A DNA stretch of 64,000 bases from Myxococcota bacterium (GTDB lineage Bacteria > Myxococcota_A > UBA796 > CAJQPC01), in NCBI GenBank assembly GCA_036229005.1, contig JAZAMN010000064.1, forward strand, positions 43,309 to 107,308. Direction: 5' to 3'. Made by a program: the position numbers and the translations under genes. Below, piece after piece: positions 36,916 through 47,327 of this stretch; within the stretch, counting starts at the first letter, position 1; each line of letters begins with the position of its first letter. Under the pieces are notes generated by a model. It did not search any database, was not told the origin of the DNA, and saw only the letters and a list, made by a program, of their open reading frames with translations.

Positions 36916-37904
36916 TGCCTGTGCCCAGCGTCCCCATCAAGGGTGTGCTCGTCACTGGAGCCACCACCCCCATCGGCGAGCGCCTGATCCGCTCCCTGCT
37001 GGCAGACCCCGAGATCGAGGCCATCCTTGCGGTGGGCCAGGAGCCCGAAGACCAGGCGCTGCCCTTCTCCCACGGCGAGCGGCTGGTGTACCGGTCGGTG
37101 GATCTGGGGCGCTCCCGGCGCGTGCGCAACCTGCTCTTCGGGCCCGCCCGCGAGATGGGCATCGAGGTGGTGATCCACACCGCGATGCACCGCGACGCCA
37201 AGGACTCCGGTGGCCGCGTCCGGCGCTCCAACGTGGACGCGCTGCGCTCGCTGCTGGATCTCTCCGACCGCCACCCCACCATCCGGCGCTTTGTGTTCAA
37301 GAGCTACGCCGAGGTCTACCAGGTGCAGCACGACCTGCCGATCCTGGTGACCGAAGACCACCCCCTGAACATGAGCCCGGGCTCGCCCCAGTGGGTGCGC
37401 GACCGGGTGGAGGCCGACCTGACCGCCTGCACGCGGATGGGCCTGACCAACCTGGAGATCGCGGTCCTGCGCTGCGCGGAGATCCTGGCCCCGGGCACGG
37501 GCTCCCAGCTCTTTGACTACCTGGACGCCAAGGTCTGCCTGCGCCCGGTGGGCTTCGACCCCATGATGAACCTGCTGTCGATCTCCGACGCGGTGCGCTC
37601 CATGGAGCTTGCGGCCAGGGCCTTTGGGGTCCAGGGTGTGTTCAACGTGCCCGGCCTGGACACCCTGCCGCTGTCGGCCTGCATCCGGCGCTGGGGCTGC
37701 CTGGGGCTGCCGCTGCCGCAGCCTGCGATCACGCCCTGGTACCGGCTGCGCCGGCGGATCCGGGGCCACGACTTCTCCTACGGGATGAACCGCAGGCGCT
37801 TCCACTACTGCTCGGTGCTGGACGGCACGCGCGCGCGGGAGACCCTGGGCTTTGAGCCCGAGAACGCCATCGACTGGCCCGCGCCGGTGGATCCGGCTGG
37901 CTGA
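36915..37904 (+). CDS. Atypical SDR / NAD-dependent epimerase-dehydratase family protein
   Basis: VLVTGATTPIG Rossmann start; VIHTA; NV; GVFNV. No clear YxxxK. Confidence 0.75.
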   Translation: MPVPSVPIKGVLVTGATTPIGERLIRSLLADPEIEAILAVGQEPEDQALPFSHGERLVYRSVDLGRSRRVRNLLFGPAREMGIEVVIHTAMHRDAKDSGGRVRRSNVDALRSLLDLSDRHPTIRRFVFKSYAEVYQVQHDLPILVTEDHPLNMSPGSPQWVRDRVEADLTACTRMGLTNLEIAVLRCAEILAPGTGSQLFDYLDAKVCLRPVGFDPMMNLLSISDAVRSMELAARAFGVQGVFNVPGLDTLPLSACIRRWGCLGLPLPQPAITPWYRLRRRIRGHDFSYGMNRRRFHYCSVLDGTRARETLGFEPENAIDWPAPVDPAG

Positions 37905-37946
37905 GTCCCCAGCGGGTTACACTGCGGGGGATCTGGAGGGTGCCCC

Positions 37947-38642
37947 ATGTCGCTGTTGTTGATCTCGTCGCTGGCATTGCTCGGTTGCAGCAAGGGCGAC
38001 GCCGTGGACACCTCCCCGGTGGAGGACACCGGCCCGGGGGTCCACCCCAACGTGCCCGAAGGCTACGAGCTCTTCTGGGACACGGACGGCTGCGGCGCCT
38101 CCGGCAACGAGACCCAGGCCTACGTCCTGGGCGAGGGCAGCATCTCGGAGGACGGTGAGACCCTCACCATGACCGAGACCTGGTACTGGTTCTTCGGCGG
38201 GGACCGCTCGGAGGACTGCATCGACACCTTCGAGTTCACCACCGCGACCAATGGGCGGCTCAGCGCGGCCGACCTGTCGAGTCTCAACGCCTCGGAGGCG
38301 GAGGCCGGGTACTACGGCGTCTACACCAAGACCGAGAACAACTGCCCGGGCATGAACTACTACGCGACCTGGTCGCACCCCGGCGAGGACGGCTTCGAGT
38401 ACGGCGACGACATCCAGGCCAGGATGGTCCTGATCTTCGACTACGCCAACCCCAACGGCAACCTGAACTACGAGAACAAGATGCTCGTGTTCGCCTACAT
38501 CGGCGACGAGAGCGGGTTGACCTGGGGCGACACCAACTACGACTCCGCGGGCGTGTTCACCCCCACCGGGGACGACGCCGCGGGCCCCCCGGCCACTGTG
38601 ACCTGGGAGCCCAGCTTCTGCTTCGACGGCGGGGAGGGATAG
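37947..38642 (+). CDS. Hypothetical acidic lipoprotein
   Basis: Lipobox LLGC; GGAGGG RBS; rich in D/E/G/Y. Confidence 0.75.
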   Translation: MSLLLISSLALLGCSKGDAVDTSPVEDTGPGVHPNVPEGYELFWDTDGCGASGNETQAYVLGEGSISEDGETLTMTETWYWFFGGDRSEDCIDTFEFTTATNGRLSAADLSSLNASEAEAGYYGVYTKTENNCPGMNYYATWSHPGEDGFEYGDDIQARMVLIFDYANPNGNLNYENKMLVFAYIGDESGLTWGDTNYDSAGVFTPTGDDAAGPPATVTWEPSFCFDGGEG

Positions 38643-38661
38643 GGCCCCGCGGGCCCGCTTC

Positions 38662-39930
38662 ATGACCACCACGCTCGCTGTTCTGATCGCCGCCGCGGTC
38701 GCCTGGATCATCGCCCACTTTGTGGCCGACTGGATCCAGGAGCGCTTCTTCGTGACCACCGGCAGCGAGTACATGCTGCTCGGCGTCCTGCTCGGGCCTG
38801 TGCCCGTGTTCGCGACGCTGATCGGCACGGACAACAGCTTCATCCTGATCAGCCAGGACACGCTGCGCCAGCTCGACCCGCTGATGTCACTGGCGGTGGG
38901 CTGGGTGGGGCTGACCTACGGCGCGAGCCTGAGCCCCACGCGCCTGGTCGCCCGGGGGCGGGGGGCGCTGACGCTGTCGCTGGTGGCCACCGTGGTCACC
39001 GGCCTGGTGGTGTTCGGCGCCAGCTATTTCCTCTTTGGGCTGGCCTGGCACGGCGAGCTCTCCCAGGCCGAGCGGCTGGGCGGGGCCTCCGGTCTGGGCA
39101 TGGCCGCGGCCGTCTCGTCGCCGACCGTGCTGCGCGCCATCAAGGTCAAGTTCGAGGCGCAGGGGCCCACCACCAAGCTGCTGGGGCAGACCGGCCGCCT
39201 GGAGGAGTTCATCGGGATCCTGGGCTTCGGCGTGATCTTCTGTGTGTTCCACGAAGACAGCTCCTCGCTCGGACGCGAGATCACACCCTTTGAGTGGTTC
39301 GGGATCTCCGTCGGTCTGGGCCTGGTGCTCGGCGCCCTGTTCCGCTTCTTCCTCAAGGACGAGGACGACCGCGACAAGCAGTTCCTGTCCCTGGTCGGCA
39401 TCATCGTGTTCGCGTCCGGGGCCGCCCACTTCCTGGACCTCTCGCCGCTGCTGGTCAACGCGGTGATGGGGACGGCGATGATGGCGGGCGTCAACGACGA
39501 CGCCTCCGAGCGCATCCTGGCCATCCTGGAGCGCTCGCGGCGCCCCATGTACATGGTCATGCTCATCTTCGCGGGGGCCATGTGGCTCCCCATCCCGGCG
39601 ATGGGCTGGGCCTTTGTGGCCGCCTACATCGTGGTCCGGCTGGCGGCGAGGATGCTGAGCGGCTGGGTCTCCTCGGTGTTCCTCCCGGGAGAGATCCGCC
39701 GGGACGTGGGTAGGGGACTGCTGCCCCAAGGCGAGGTCGCTGTGGCCATGGCCCTGAACCTCACGCTGGTCTTTGGCGGCCGCCCGGTCATGCCCTGGGT
39801 GTTCTCGGCCATCCTGGTCAGCGTGCTGTTGAATGAGTTCTGGTCGGCGCGGCTGCTGCGCGGCCTTCTGATCGACGCGGGGGACATCCGTCACAGCGCC
39901 CTGCAAGAGCCCGAGCTGGAGGAGAGCTGA
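38662..39930 (+). CDS. Cation:proton antiporter (CPA2-like)
   Basis: About 12-13 hydrophobic segments; YMLLGVLLGP, SSP, SPLL, FAGA, GLLPQGEVA. Confidence 0.8.
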   Translation: MTTTLAVLIAAAVAWIIAHFVADWIQERFFVTTGSEYMLLGVLLGPVPVFATLIGTDNSFILISQDTLRQLDPLMSLAVGWVGLTYGASLSPTRLVARGRGALTLSLVATVVTGLVVFGASYFLFGLAWHGELSQAERLGGASGLGMAAAVSSPTVLRAIKVKFEAQGPTTKLLGQTGRLEEFIGILGFGVIFCVFHEDSSSLGREITPFEWFGISVGLGLVLGALFRFFLKDEDDRDKQFLSLVGIIVFASGAAHFLDLSPLLVNAVMGTAMMAGVNDDASERILAILERSRRPMYMVMLIFAGAMWLPIPAMGWAFVAAYIVVRLAARMLSGWVSSVFLPGEIRRDVGRGLLPQGEVAVAMALNLTLVFGGRPVMPWVFSAILVSVLLNEFWSARLLRGLLIDAGDIRHSALQEPELEES

Positions 39931-41273
39931 TGTACGTGGTCGTCATTGGCATGGGCCGAGTGGGCCAGCACGTGGTCCGGGAGCTGGAGCTGGACCAACA
40001 CGACGTCGTGGCCATCGACGCGGATCCCCAGATGGTGGCCGCCGTCGAGGACAGCCAGGACGTGGGCACCATGGTCGGCTACGGCAGCTCGCCCAAGGTC
40101 CTCAAGGAGGCAGGCGCGGCCAAGGCCGATCTGGTCGTCGCGGTCACCAACGACGACGAGGTCAACCTGGTCGCGGCGCTGGCGGCGCTGCGGCAGGGGG
40201 CCAAGCGGGCGGTGGCCCGGGTCCAGGGCGACCAGTACTCGGGCTCCGACGAGGGCATCCAGTACGGCCTGCTGGGAATCGACGTCGTGATCAATCCCCG
40301 CATCCTGGTGGCCCAGGAGATGGCCAAGATCGCGCGCTCCCGTGGCGCCCTCGAGGTCCTCGGGTTGGCCGGGAACCGCGTGGAGATGGTGCAGGTCGAG
40401 ATGCCGGCGTCCAGCCGGATGTTGCACAAGGCCCTGGCGAACCTGAACCTGCCCGCTCAGACCCTGGTGGCGGCGATTGTCCGCGACGGGGAGCTCTTCG
40501 TCCCTGGGGGCAGCGAGGTCCTGCTGCCTGGAGACCGCGCCTACCTCATCGGGCACGCCGGCAAGATGGACGAGATCGAGGATCTCTTCGGTGCCGGCAA
40601 GGACATCACGCGGGTCTGCATCGTCGGAGGTGGTGTGGTGGGCTCCGCCCTCGCGCGCCTGTTGGTGCAGTCCGACGTCGAGGTCATGCTGCTGGAGCGG
40701 GATCGGGACCGCGCCGAGGAGCTGGCCATCGACCTGCCAGACGTCACGGTGCTCCACGGGGACGGCACGGACAGCCACCTGCTCGAAGAGGAGCAGGTGG
40801 GCAGCTTCGACCTCTTCGCGGCGGTCACCAAGGACGACGAGGTCAACCTGATGGCCGGGCTGCTCGCCAAGCGCTCTGGTGTGGACCGGGCCGTCAGCCT
40901 CGCGCAGCGGCCGGACTACGCGGACATCTACCGGCAGCTCGGCATCGACATCGTGCTCTCGCCGCGCACCCTGGCCAGCGAGAACATCCTCCGCTACGTC
41001 CGCCAGTCCGAGGTCCAGAGCCTCACCCTGCTGGAGCACGGCCAGGCCGAGGTGCTGGAGCTGCTCGCCCGCGAAGGGAGCCGCATCCTGGGGACCCCCA
41101 TCAAGCGCCTCAACATGCCGCGCGGCGCGCTGATCGCCGTGCTGGTCAGCCAGGGCCGCGTGACCATCCCCCACGGCGGCGACCAGGTCCGCGCGGGCGA
41201 CACCGTCGTGCTCATCACCACCGCCTCCGCCCGTCCGGCCGTCGAGCGCCTCTTCAAGCGGCGGTCCCGTTGA
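39930..41273 (+). CDS. trkA: Trk K+ uptake gating subunit
   Basis: Two RCK_N/RCK_C pairs (GMGRVG, GGGVVG; AVTxDDEVN twice). Confidence 0.95.
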   Translation: MYVVVIGMGRVGQHVVRELELDQHDVVAIDADPQMVAAVEDSQDVGTMVGYGSSPKVLKEAGAAKADLVVAVTNDDEVNLVAALAALRQGAKRAVARVQGDQYSGSDEGIQYGLLGIDVVINPRILVAQEMAKIARSRGALEVLGLAGNRVEMVQVEMPASSRMLHKALANLNLPAQTLVAAIVRDGELFVPGGSEVLLPGDRAYLIGHAGKMDEIEDLFGAGKDITRVCIVGGGVVGSALARLLVQSDVEVMLLERDRDRAEELAIDLPDVTVLHGDGTDSHLLEEEQVGSFDLFAAVTKDDEVNLMAGLLAKRSGVDRAVSLAQRPDYADIYRQLGIDIVLSPRTLASENILRYVRQSEVQSLTLLEHGQAEVLELLAREGSRILGTPIKRLNMPRGALIAVLVSQGRVTIPHGGDQVRAGDTVVLITTASARPAVERLFKRRSR

Positions 41274-42826
41274 GGAGCGTCTCCCGCCGGAATCTCCGCA
41301 GCCAGAAGAAGGCCCGGGAGACCCACTGGCAGCGCGTTGTGGGCATGATCCCGCCCGTCGCGCGCGCTGTCGGCGGCCTGATGGTGATGGTCGCCTTGAC
41401 CATGCTGGGGACCGGCGTCGTGGGCCTGCTCATGTCCTCGGTCAAGGGCGCGCTGCACATGGCGGTCTCCGCCTTCATCGTGTTGCTCTTTGCGGGCGCG
41501 AACCTGCTGCTGGGGCGCAACGCCGCCTTCACCTCCATCGACCGCCGCGAGGCCTTTGTGGTGGTCACCGTGAGCTGGATCGCCCTGTGCGTGGCCGGCG
41601 GCCTGCCCTTCATGGTGGGCGCGGACTTCACCTTCTCGGAGGCGCTGTTCGAGTCCACCTCGGGCTTCACCACCACCGGCGCCACCATCCTGCCGGAGAT
41701 CCGGGACCGCCTGAACCCCGCCCTGCACTTCTGGCGTTGCCTGAGCCATTGGCTGGGCGGCATGGGCATCGTCGTGCTCTTCGTGGCGGTCTTCCCCGCG
41801 CTGGGGGTGGGCGGCAAGCACCTCTTCCGCTCCGAGGTCCCGGGCCCCAAGTCCAAGGGCCTCTCGCCCCGCGTGCGCGAGACCTCGTCGGTGCTCTGGA
41901 AGGTCTACGTCTTCATCACCTTGATCCAGGTGGGGCTGCTGATCCCGGCGATGCGGCGGGCGCTGCCGGACTCGGACTGGCGCCAGATCATCTTCGAGTC
42001 CTTCTGCCACGCGTTCAGCACCATGGGCACCGGCGGCTTCTCCACCTTCAACGGCTCGGTGGGGGAGCTGGACTCCGCGCTGGTGGACTTCATCATCCTG
42101 GTCTTCATGATCGTGGCCGGCATGAACTTCGGCCTCTTCTACGAGGCCACCCGGCGCGGCATCTCCGTGTTCTGGAAGGACACCCAGACCCGCGTCTACA
42201 TCGGCATCCTGGCCATCGTGTCGGTGGTGATCGCCGCCAGCATCCTGCCCCAGGTCGACGGCGGGCCCCTCTACGCGCTGCGCCTGTCCAGCTTCCAGGC
42301 CGCCGCCATCATGTCCACCACCGGCTTCGGCACAGCGGACTTCGAGCAGTGGCCCTCGGTCACCCGCATGCTCCTGCTCGCGCTCTACTTCACGGGCGGC
42401 TGCTCCGGGTCCACCGCCGGTGGCATGAAGCTCCAGCGCATCATCGTGCTCTTCAAGGCCGTGCTGGTGGAGCTGCGCAAGTCCTTCCGGCCCCACCTCA
42501 TCATGCCGGTGCGCGTGGACCGCAAGGCCGTCGACAACCAGTCGCTGGTCGCCCTGATGGCCTTCATGGCCCTCTACGTCACCTCGGTCGGCGTGGGCGC
42601 CATCTGGGTCGCGCTCGTGGACCGCACCGACGGCACCACCGCGCTCATGGCCTCGCTGGCCTGCGTCGCGAACGTCGGTCCCGGCTTCGGCGCCGTGGGG
42701 CCCACGGACAACTTCGGCTTCCTCTCCGGCATCACCCAGACCTTCCTCTCCGGCCTGATGATCCTCGGCCGCCTGGAGTTCCTCACCGTGCTGGCCCTGT
42801 TCACCCCTGGCTTCTGGAGGCGTTGA
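41270..42826 (+). CDS. trkH: Trk K+ uptake membrane subunit
   Basis: Pore motifs FESTSGFTTTGA, STMGTGGF, STTGF, ANVGPG; WLGGMG; GSTAGGMK; GRLE. Confidence 0.95.
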   Translation: MRSVSRRNLRSQKKARETHWQRVVGMIPPVARAVGGLMVMVALTMLGTGVVGLLMSSVKGALHMAVSAFIVLLFAGANLLLGRNAAFTSIDRREAFVVVTVSWIALCVAGGLPFMVGADFTFSEALFESTSGFTTTGATILPEIRDRLNPALHFWRCLSHWLGGMGIVVLFVAVFPALGVGGKHLFRSEVPGPKSKGLSPRVRETSSVLWKVYVFITLIQVGLLIPAMRRALPDSDWRQIIFESFCHAFSTMGTGGFSTFNGSVGELDSALVDFIILVFMIVAGMNFGLFYEATRRGISVFWKDTQTRVYIGILAIVSVVIAASILPQVDGGPLYALRLSSFQAAAIMSTTGFGTADFEQWPSVTRMLLLALYFTGGCSGSTAGGMKLQRIIVLFKAVLVELRKSFRPHLIMPVRVDRKAVDNQSLVALMAFMALYVTSVGVGAIWVALVDRTDGTTALMASLACVANVGPGFGAVGPTDNFGFLSGITQTFLSGLMILGRLEFLTVLALFTPGFWRR

Positions 42827-42827
42827 G

Positions 42828-45800
42828 ATGAGCGGCGGACACAAGCTCAGCCCCCTGGAGGGGTTGACCAAGACCCTCATCGTGGCCCTGCTCTTTGGGT
42901 TGATGCTCTTCCTGCCGGCGATCCACACGCCCATCGGGACCATCAACCCCGAGTCCATGGTCACCCTGGGCTTCATCATCCTGGCCGCGTACACCGCCGG
43001 CGAGGTCCTGGGCACCATCTCCCTCCCGCACATCACCGCCTACCTGCTCATCGGCATGATCTGCGGCCCGGAGGCCCCCCACGTCCTGCACGTCCCCGAG
43101 GCCTTCAACGTCCTCAGCCACGAGGTCATCCTCGACCTCAAGCTCTTCGACAACCTCGCCGTCGCGCTCATCGCCCTGTCCGCGGGCGGGGCCCTCTCCC
43201 TGGGCGGCCTCAAGAAGAACGCCCGCCTGCTGGGCTCCGTGCTCACCACCCAGTACCTGGCCCTGCTGGGTATCCTGGCCGGGCTGGTCTTCCTGCTCTC
43301 CGGTGTGATCCCGGGCTTCAGCCTGCCCTTCTTGGAGGGAGAGAGCACCAGGGTCGTCGCCGGCGCCGCCGTCCTGCTCGCCATCATCGGGGCGGCCCAG
43401 TCCCCCGCGGCCTCCATCGCCATCATCAACGAGACGCGGGCCAAGGGGCCAGTGACGGACGCAGTGCTCGGGGTGTCTGTCCTCAACAACGTCGTCGTCG
43501 TGGTGCTCTTCGGCGTCGGCTCCGCCGTCGCCTTCGGCCTGCTCGGGGTCGAGTCCGGCGGCGAGGTCGGGCTGGCCGCTTCCCTCGGTATCGAGATGGG
43601 CCTGTCCCTGCTCCTGGGCGCCCTGGTCGCCGGCGGCCTGGCCGCCTGGATCCGCTTCGTCGGGCGCGAGCAGCTCCTCCTCATCTTGGTCGGGCTGTGC
43701 TTCGCGGTGGTGTGGGGCGCGGGTGCGTTGGGTGAGGAGCTGATCGGGAAGGCCATCGACCCCCTCCTCGCCTTCCTGTTCGCGGGCTTCCTGGTGCGCA
43801 ACGTGTTCTCGGAGCAGGCCCACTCGGCGCTCTCGGCCACGGTCAGCACCCTGTCCATGCCGGTCTACGTGGTGTTCTTCTTCCTGGCCGGCGCCAACCT
43901 GCACCTGCACGCCCTGCAGGAGATGGCCGCCTTCGCCGGCGTGTTGTTCGCCGGACGCATGTTCGCCCTCTGGGCCGGCACGGCCTCAGGTGCCGTCCTG
44001 GGAAAGGGCCCCGAAGCCCTCAAGAAGAGTGGCTTTCTCGGCTTCGGCGCTCAGGCCGGCATCGCCCTGGCCATGGCCGGCAGCGTGTCCGCCGGCGCAG
44101 GGGAGATCGGGGAGTCCATCGGCACCATCGCGGTGGCTGGCATCGCCCTGAACGAGATGTTCGGCCCCGTGCTGCTCAAGGCTTCGCTGGGCTGGGCCAA
44201 GGAGCTCCCGGACGAGGAGGCCGACGGCCTGCCGCCCGAAGAGCCCACCCGCGCCGAGGACGCCACCGCCGAGCTGGACCGGCGCATGCCCGAGTTCCTG
44301 CCGGAGCCGGGGCATACCAACTTCGACCCCTGGGGGCCGCCGCCTGCGGTGAGCTGGAAGCGCCTGCTGGAGCTCTCCCGCCAGATCAAGGCCGAGCTCC
44401 AGGGCCAGGTCCGGGACCTGCGCAGCAGCACCATCGCCCCCCGTCGCCGCGACGCGTTGGGCTGGCTGGGTGGCCTGCGGCGCGAGTTCCTGCGCATGCA
44501 CCGCCGCATCACCGTGCGCGCCAACGACCCCGAGCTGGACCCCGAGGCCTTCCGGGAGGAGCTGCGCTCCCACCTCAAGGCGCTGGCCCGCGAGTGGGAG
44601 GACCAGATCCTGGACCGCGCCGCCAGCGTGGACTTCCGCAAGGAGCGGCGCGCCCTGGACCAGCTCCTGCTGGACGTCGATGAGCTGGTGGCTCAGCAGC
44701 CCCAGGCCATGGAGCTCCCCCGTGAGACCGAGCTGCTGGCCGCCAGGGAAGGGGACGCGTTCCCTCTGCGCATGCAGCTCGCCATGGCCCGCCTGGGCAA
44801 CAGCCCGCGGGTGATCCAGCCCCGGGTGCTCGCCCGCTTCACCCTGGGCGGCGAGGTCCCCGACCACCTCCCGGAGCTCGCCGGCCTGATGGCGCTGTCC
44901 GAGCGGCACCTGCTGGCGCGCGCCCGGAACATCTTCGAGGCCCTGCGCCAGAACCTGGACGAGGTCGCCTCCCAGAAGGACCTCAAGGCCGAGGACTACG
45001 GCCCCCTGCTCCAGCAGGTGCGCGAGGAGATGGAGGAGGAGTTCGAGCTCGCCCGCCGCGAGGTCGACCGCCTGGCCGACGAGACCGTGCGCGTGACCCA
45101 GGCCACCCTGGGGCGCCCCTACCGGCACCTGAACGAGCTGCTCCTGATCGCCGGCACCCCCCGACTCACCGATCGGGACGTGCGCTACTCCAAGGTCTTC
45201 GCGCGCCGCGAGCAGGCCGTCGCCCAGGTTCAGGACGGGCTGGAGCACAGCTTCGAGCTCACCCGCGGCGTCGCCAACGGCCTGGCCATGGAGCTCCAGC
45301 TCCTGCGGCTGCGACTCAGCGTCCGGGAGACCGTGGACACCCACGGACGGGCCCTGGAGCGGGACCTGCGTGGCCGCGTGCTGCTGCAGCTTGACCGGAT
45401 CACCACCAACCTGACCGAGAGCCTGGATCGCCTCGCGGAGGCCATCCTCCAAGGGGACATGCCCGCGGACCAGCTCGCCGGCATCATCCAGGAGACCTGC
45501 AACCCCCTGGAGCACCTCATCGAGGACGCCCTGGGTGTCTGCGAGACCATGCGCTCTGGCCTCAAGACCGAGGCCGCCATCGAGCCCATGCGCGAGGGCC
45601 TGGCCCAAGGCGTCGACGCGCTCACCGACCGCTTCCAGGTGGTCGAGCGGGCCCCTGGTCTGACGGGGCGCCGCCTGCCGGAGCCCCCCACCATCCGCGA
45701 GGTGCCCTTCCGCGAGCTGGCCACCCAGTACCTGGACGCCGAGGTCGGCCGCGACCTCTCCCTGGTGCTGGAGGAGCTGCTCTCCCAGGTCGAAGAGGCC

Positions 45801-47327
45801 GTGCGCGCCGTCGAGGAGATGCAGCGCGGCCTGCAGTTCAACGTGGAGCTGGCGGCCTCCGAGCTGTCGGTGCTGGGGAGCGAGCCCGCGTCCGCCGAGG
45901 TGCGGCGGGTGGTCGAGGAGACGCTGCTCTCCACGGCCTCGCGCATGGGCAACCGCCTGGAGACCATCCGCGAGGGGATGGAGGGCCTGGACGTCGAGGG
46001 CCGGCGTAAGGTCCAGGAGGTCGTCCTCGGCCACATCGACGCCTTCCACGACCTGCTCGTTGGCGGGCGCTGGGACGAGGTCCGCCGCCGCCTGGCGCTC
46101 GGCCAGCTCGAGCGTCGCCGCCAGCTCATCACGGGGGGAGCCTCCAACCTGGGGGACCTGGGGCGCCACCTGGAGTCCAACCTGGAGCGCGCCCTCGGCC
46201 AGCGCGCCTACCGCCAGGCCCGTCGTCGCCTGGGGCTCCCCGACCGCCGCCGCCTCAGCACGGATCTGGGCCCGGCCCGCTTCGCGCCGATGCGCGCCAG
46301 GGCCGAACTCCCCGTGGTCTTCTCCCGCCTGTTCACCGACCCCGCGCTGGAGGCCGCGGACCTGCTCGCCGGCCAGGAGATCGAGGTCGCGGAGCTGCGC
46401 TCGCTGCTGCTGGGCCGAGGCCCGGGTCTCCGCCGGGGCGTCGCCGTGGTCGGGCACGGAGAGGGCCGGGCCGCCGCCGTCAACGCCCTGCTCCGCGGTC
46501 TGAACGAGCGCCTGCGCATCAAGCGCCACACCCTCACCCAGCCCGTCACGGACGTCGCCGAGGTCCAGCGCATCCTGGACTCCGCCCAGGGCCACGGCTG
46601 CGTGGTCATCGAGGGCCTGCACTGGCTCTTCCAGGCCGAGCCCGGGGGCTACGGTCCGCTGCGCGCCCTGGTCGAAGGGATCCTGGAGGACGAAGGCGAG
46701 AACGCCTGGGTGCTCTCCGCCGAGCCCCACGTCTGGGAGTACGCCTGCGGGGTCGTGCCCCTCACCGACCTCTTCCCGGGCACCCTGGAGCTGCGCCCCT
46801 TGAGCCCCGAGGAGCTGCGCGAGGTCCTGGTCAACCGCCACGCCATGAGCGGCTACCGCCTGCGCATCGCCCCCACCCTGGGCAACCTGGGCCAGCTCGT
46901 CCGGGACGCCTTCCGAGGCCGCGGGGGCCGCAAGGACCGCGACGAGGAGGTCTACTTCGAGCGCCTGCACGAGGCCACGGGGGGCGTGCTCCGGGACGCC
47001 CTCTTCCTCTGGATGGCGTCCGTCACCGAGGTCGATCCCGCCTCGGATCTCATCACCATCGGTGAGTTCCCGGACAGCCCGCTGCACGCTCTGCGCGAGC
47101 TCTCGGACACCGACCTGCTCAGCCTCCGTCAGCTCTGCCGCCAGGGCCGCCTCGACGCCGACAACCACGCCGCCTCCATGCACATGGACCCCCAGAACTC
47201 CGCCGGTGAGCTCGCCCGCCTGCAGCACTGGGGCATCCTCGAGCGCGGTCGCCACGGCTTCGTGGTGCGTGATCACCTGCTCGGCCCTCTGCGCCGGGTC
47301 CTGGTGGAGAAGGGGCTGGACCGATGA
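42828..47327 (+). CDS. CPA2-like antiporter fused to a large helical region and a degenerate P-loop NTPase/wHTH module
   Basis: About 460 N-terminal aa are polytopic (LPHITAYLLIG..GP, SP, FFFLAGANL, AQAGIAL, NEMFGP). About 700 aa of E/L/R-rich helices follow, then VVGHGEGRAA and VVIEGLH. Confidence 0.75.
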   Translation: MSGGHKLSPLEGLTKTLIVALLFGLMLFLPAIHTPIGTINPESMVTLGFIILAAYTAGEVLGTISLPHITAYLLIGMICGPEAPHVLHVPEAFNVLSHEVILDLKLFDNLAVALIALSAGGALSLGGLKKNARLLGSVLTTQYLALLGILAGLVFLLSGVIPGFSLPFLEGESTRVVAGAAVLLAIIGAAQSPAASIAIINETRAKGPVTDAVLGVSVLNNVVVVVLFGVGSAVAFGLLGVESGGEVGLAASLGIEMGLSLLLGALVAGGLAAWIRFVGREQLLLILVGLCFAVVWGAGALGEELIGKAIDPLLAFLFAGFLVRNVFSEQAHSALSATVSTLSMPVYVVFFFLAGANLHLHALQEMAAFAGVLFAGRMFALWAGTASGAVLGKGPEALKKSGFLGFGAQAGIALAMAGSVSAGAGEIGESIGTIAVAGIALNEMFGPVLLKASLGWAKELPDEEADGLPPEEPTRAEDATAELDRRMPEFLPEPGHTNFDPWGPPPAVSWKRLLELSRQIKAELQGQVRDLRSSTIAPRRRDALGWLGGLRREFLRMHRRITVRANDPELDPEAFREELRSHLKALAREWEDQILDRAASVDFRKERRALDQLLLDVDELVAQQPQAMELPRETELLAAREGDAFPLRMQLAMARLGNSPRVIQPRVLARFTLGGEVPDHLPELAGLMALSERHLLARARNIFEALRQNLDEVASQKDLKAEDYGPLLQQVREEMEEEFELARREVDRLADETVRVTQATLGRPYRHLNELLLIAGTPRLTDRDVRYSKVFARREQAVAQVQDGLEHSFELTRGVANGLAMELQLLRLRLSVRETVDTHGRALERDLRGRVLLQLDRITTNLTESLDRLAEAILQGDMPADQLAGIIQETCNPLEHLIEDALGVCETMRSGLKTEAAIEPMREGLAQGVDALTDRFQVVERAPGLTGRRLPEPPTIREVPFRELATQYLDAEVGRDLSLVLEELLSQVEEAVRAVEEMQRGLQFNVELAASELSVLGSEPASAEVRRVVEETLLSTASRMGNRLETIREGMEGLDVEGRRKVQEVVLGHIDAFHDLLVGGRWDEVRRRLALGQLERRRQLITGGASNLGDLGRHLESNLERALGQRAYRQARRRLGLPDRRRLSTDLGPARFAPMRARAELPVVFSRLFTDPALEAADLLAGQEIEVAELRSLLLGRGPGLRRGVAVVGHGEGRAAAVNALLRGLNERLRIKRHTLTQPVTDVAEVQRILDSAQGHGCVVIEGLHWLFQAEPGGYGPLRALVEGILEDEGENAWVLSAEPHVWEYACGVVPLTDLFPGTLELRPLSPEELREVLVNRHAMSGYRLRIAPTLGNLGQLVRDAFRGRGGRKDRDEEVYFERLHEATGGVLRDALFLWMASVTEVDPASDLITIGEFPDSPLHALRELSDTDLLSLRQLCRQGRLDADNHAASMHMDPQNSAGELARLQHWGILERGRHGFVVRDHLLGPLRRVLVEKGLDR

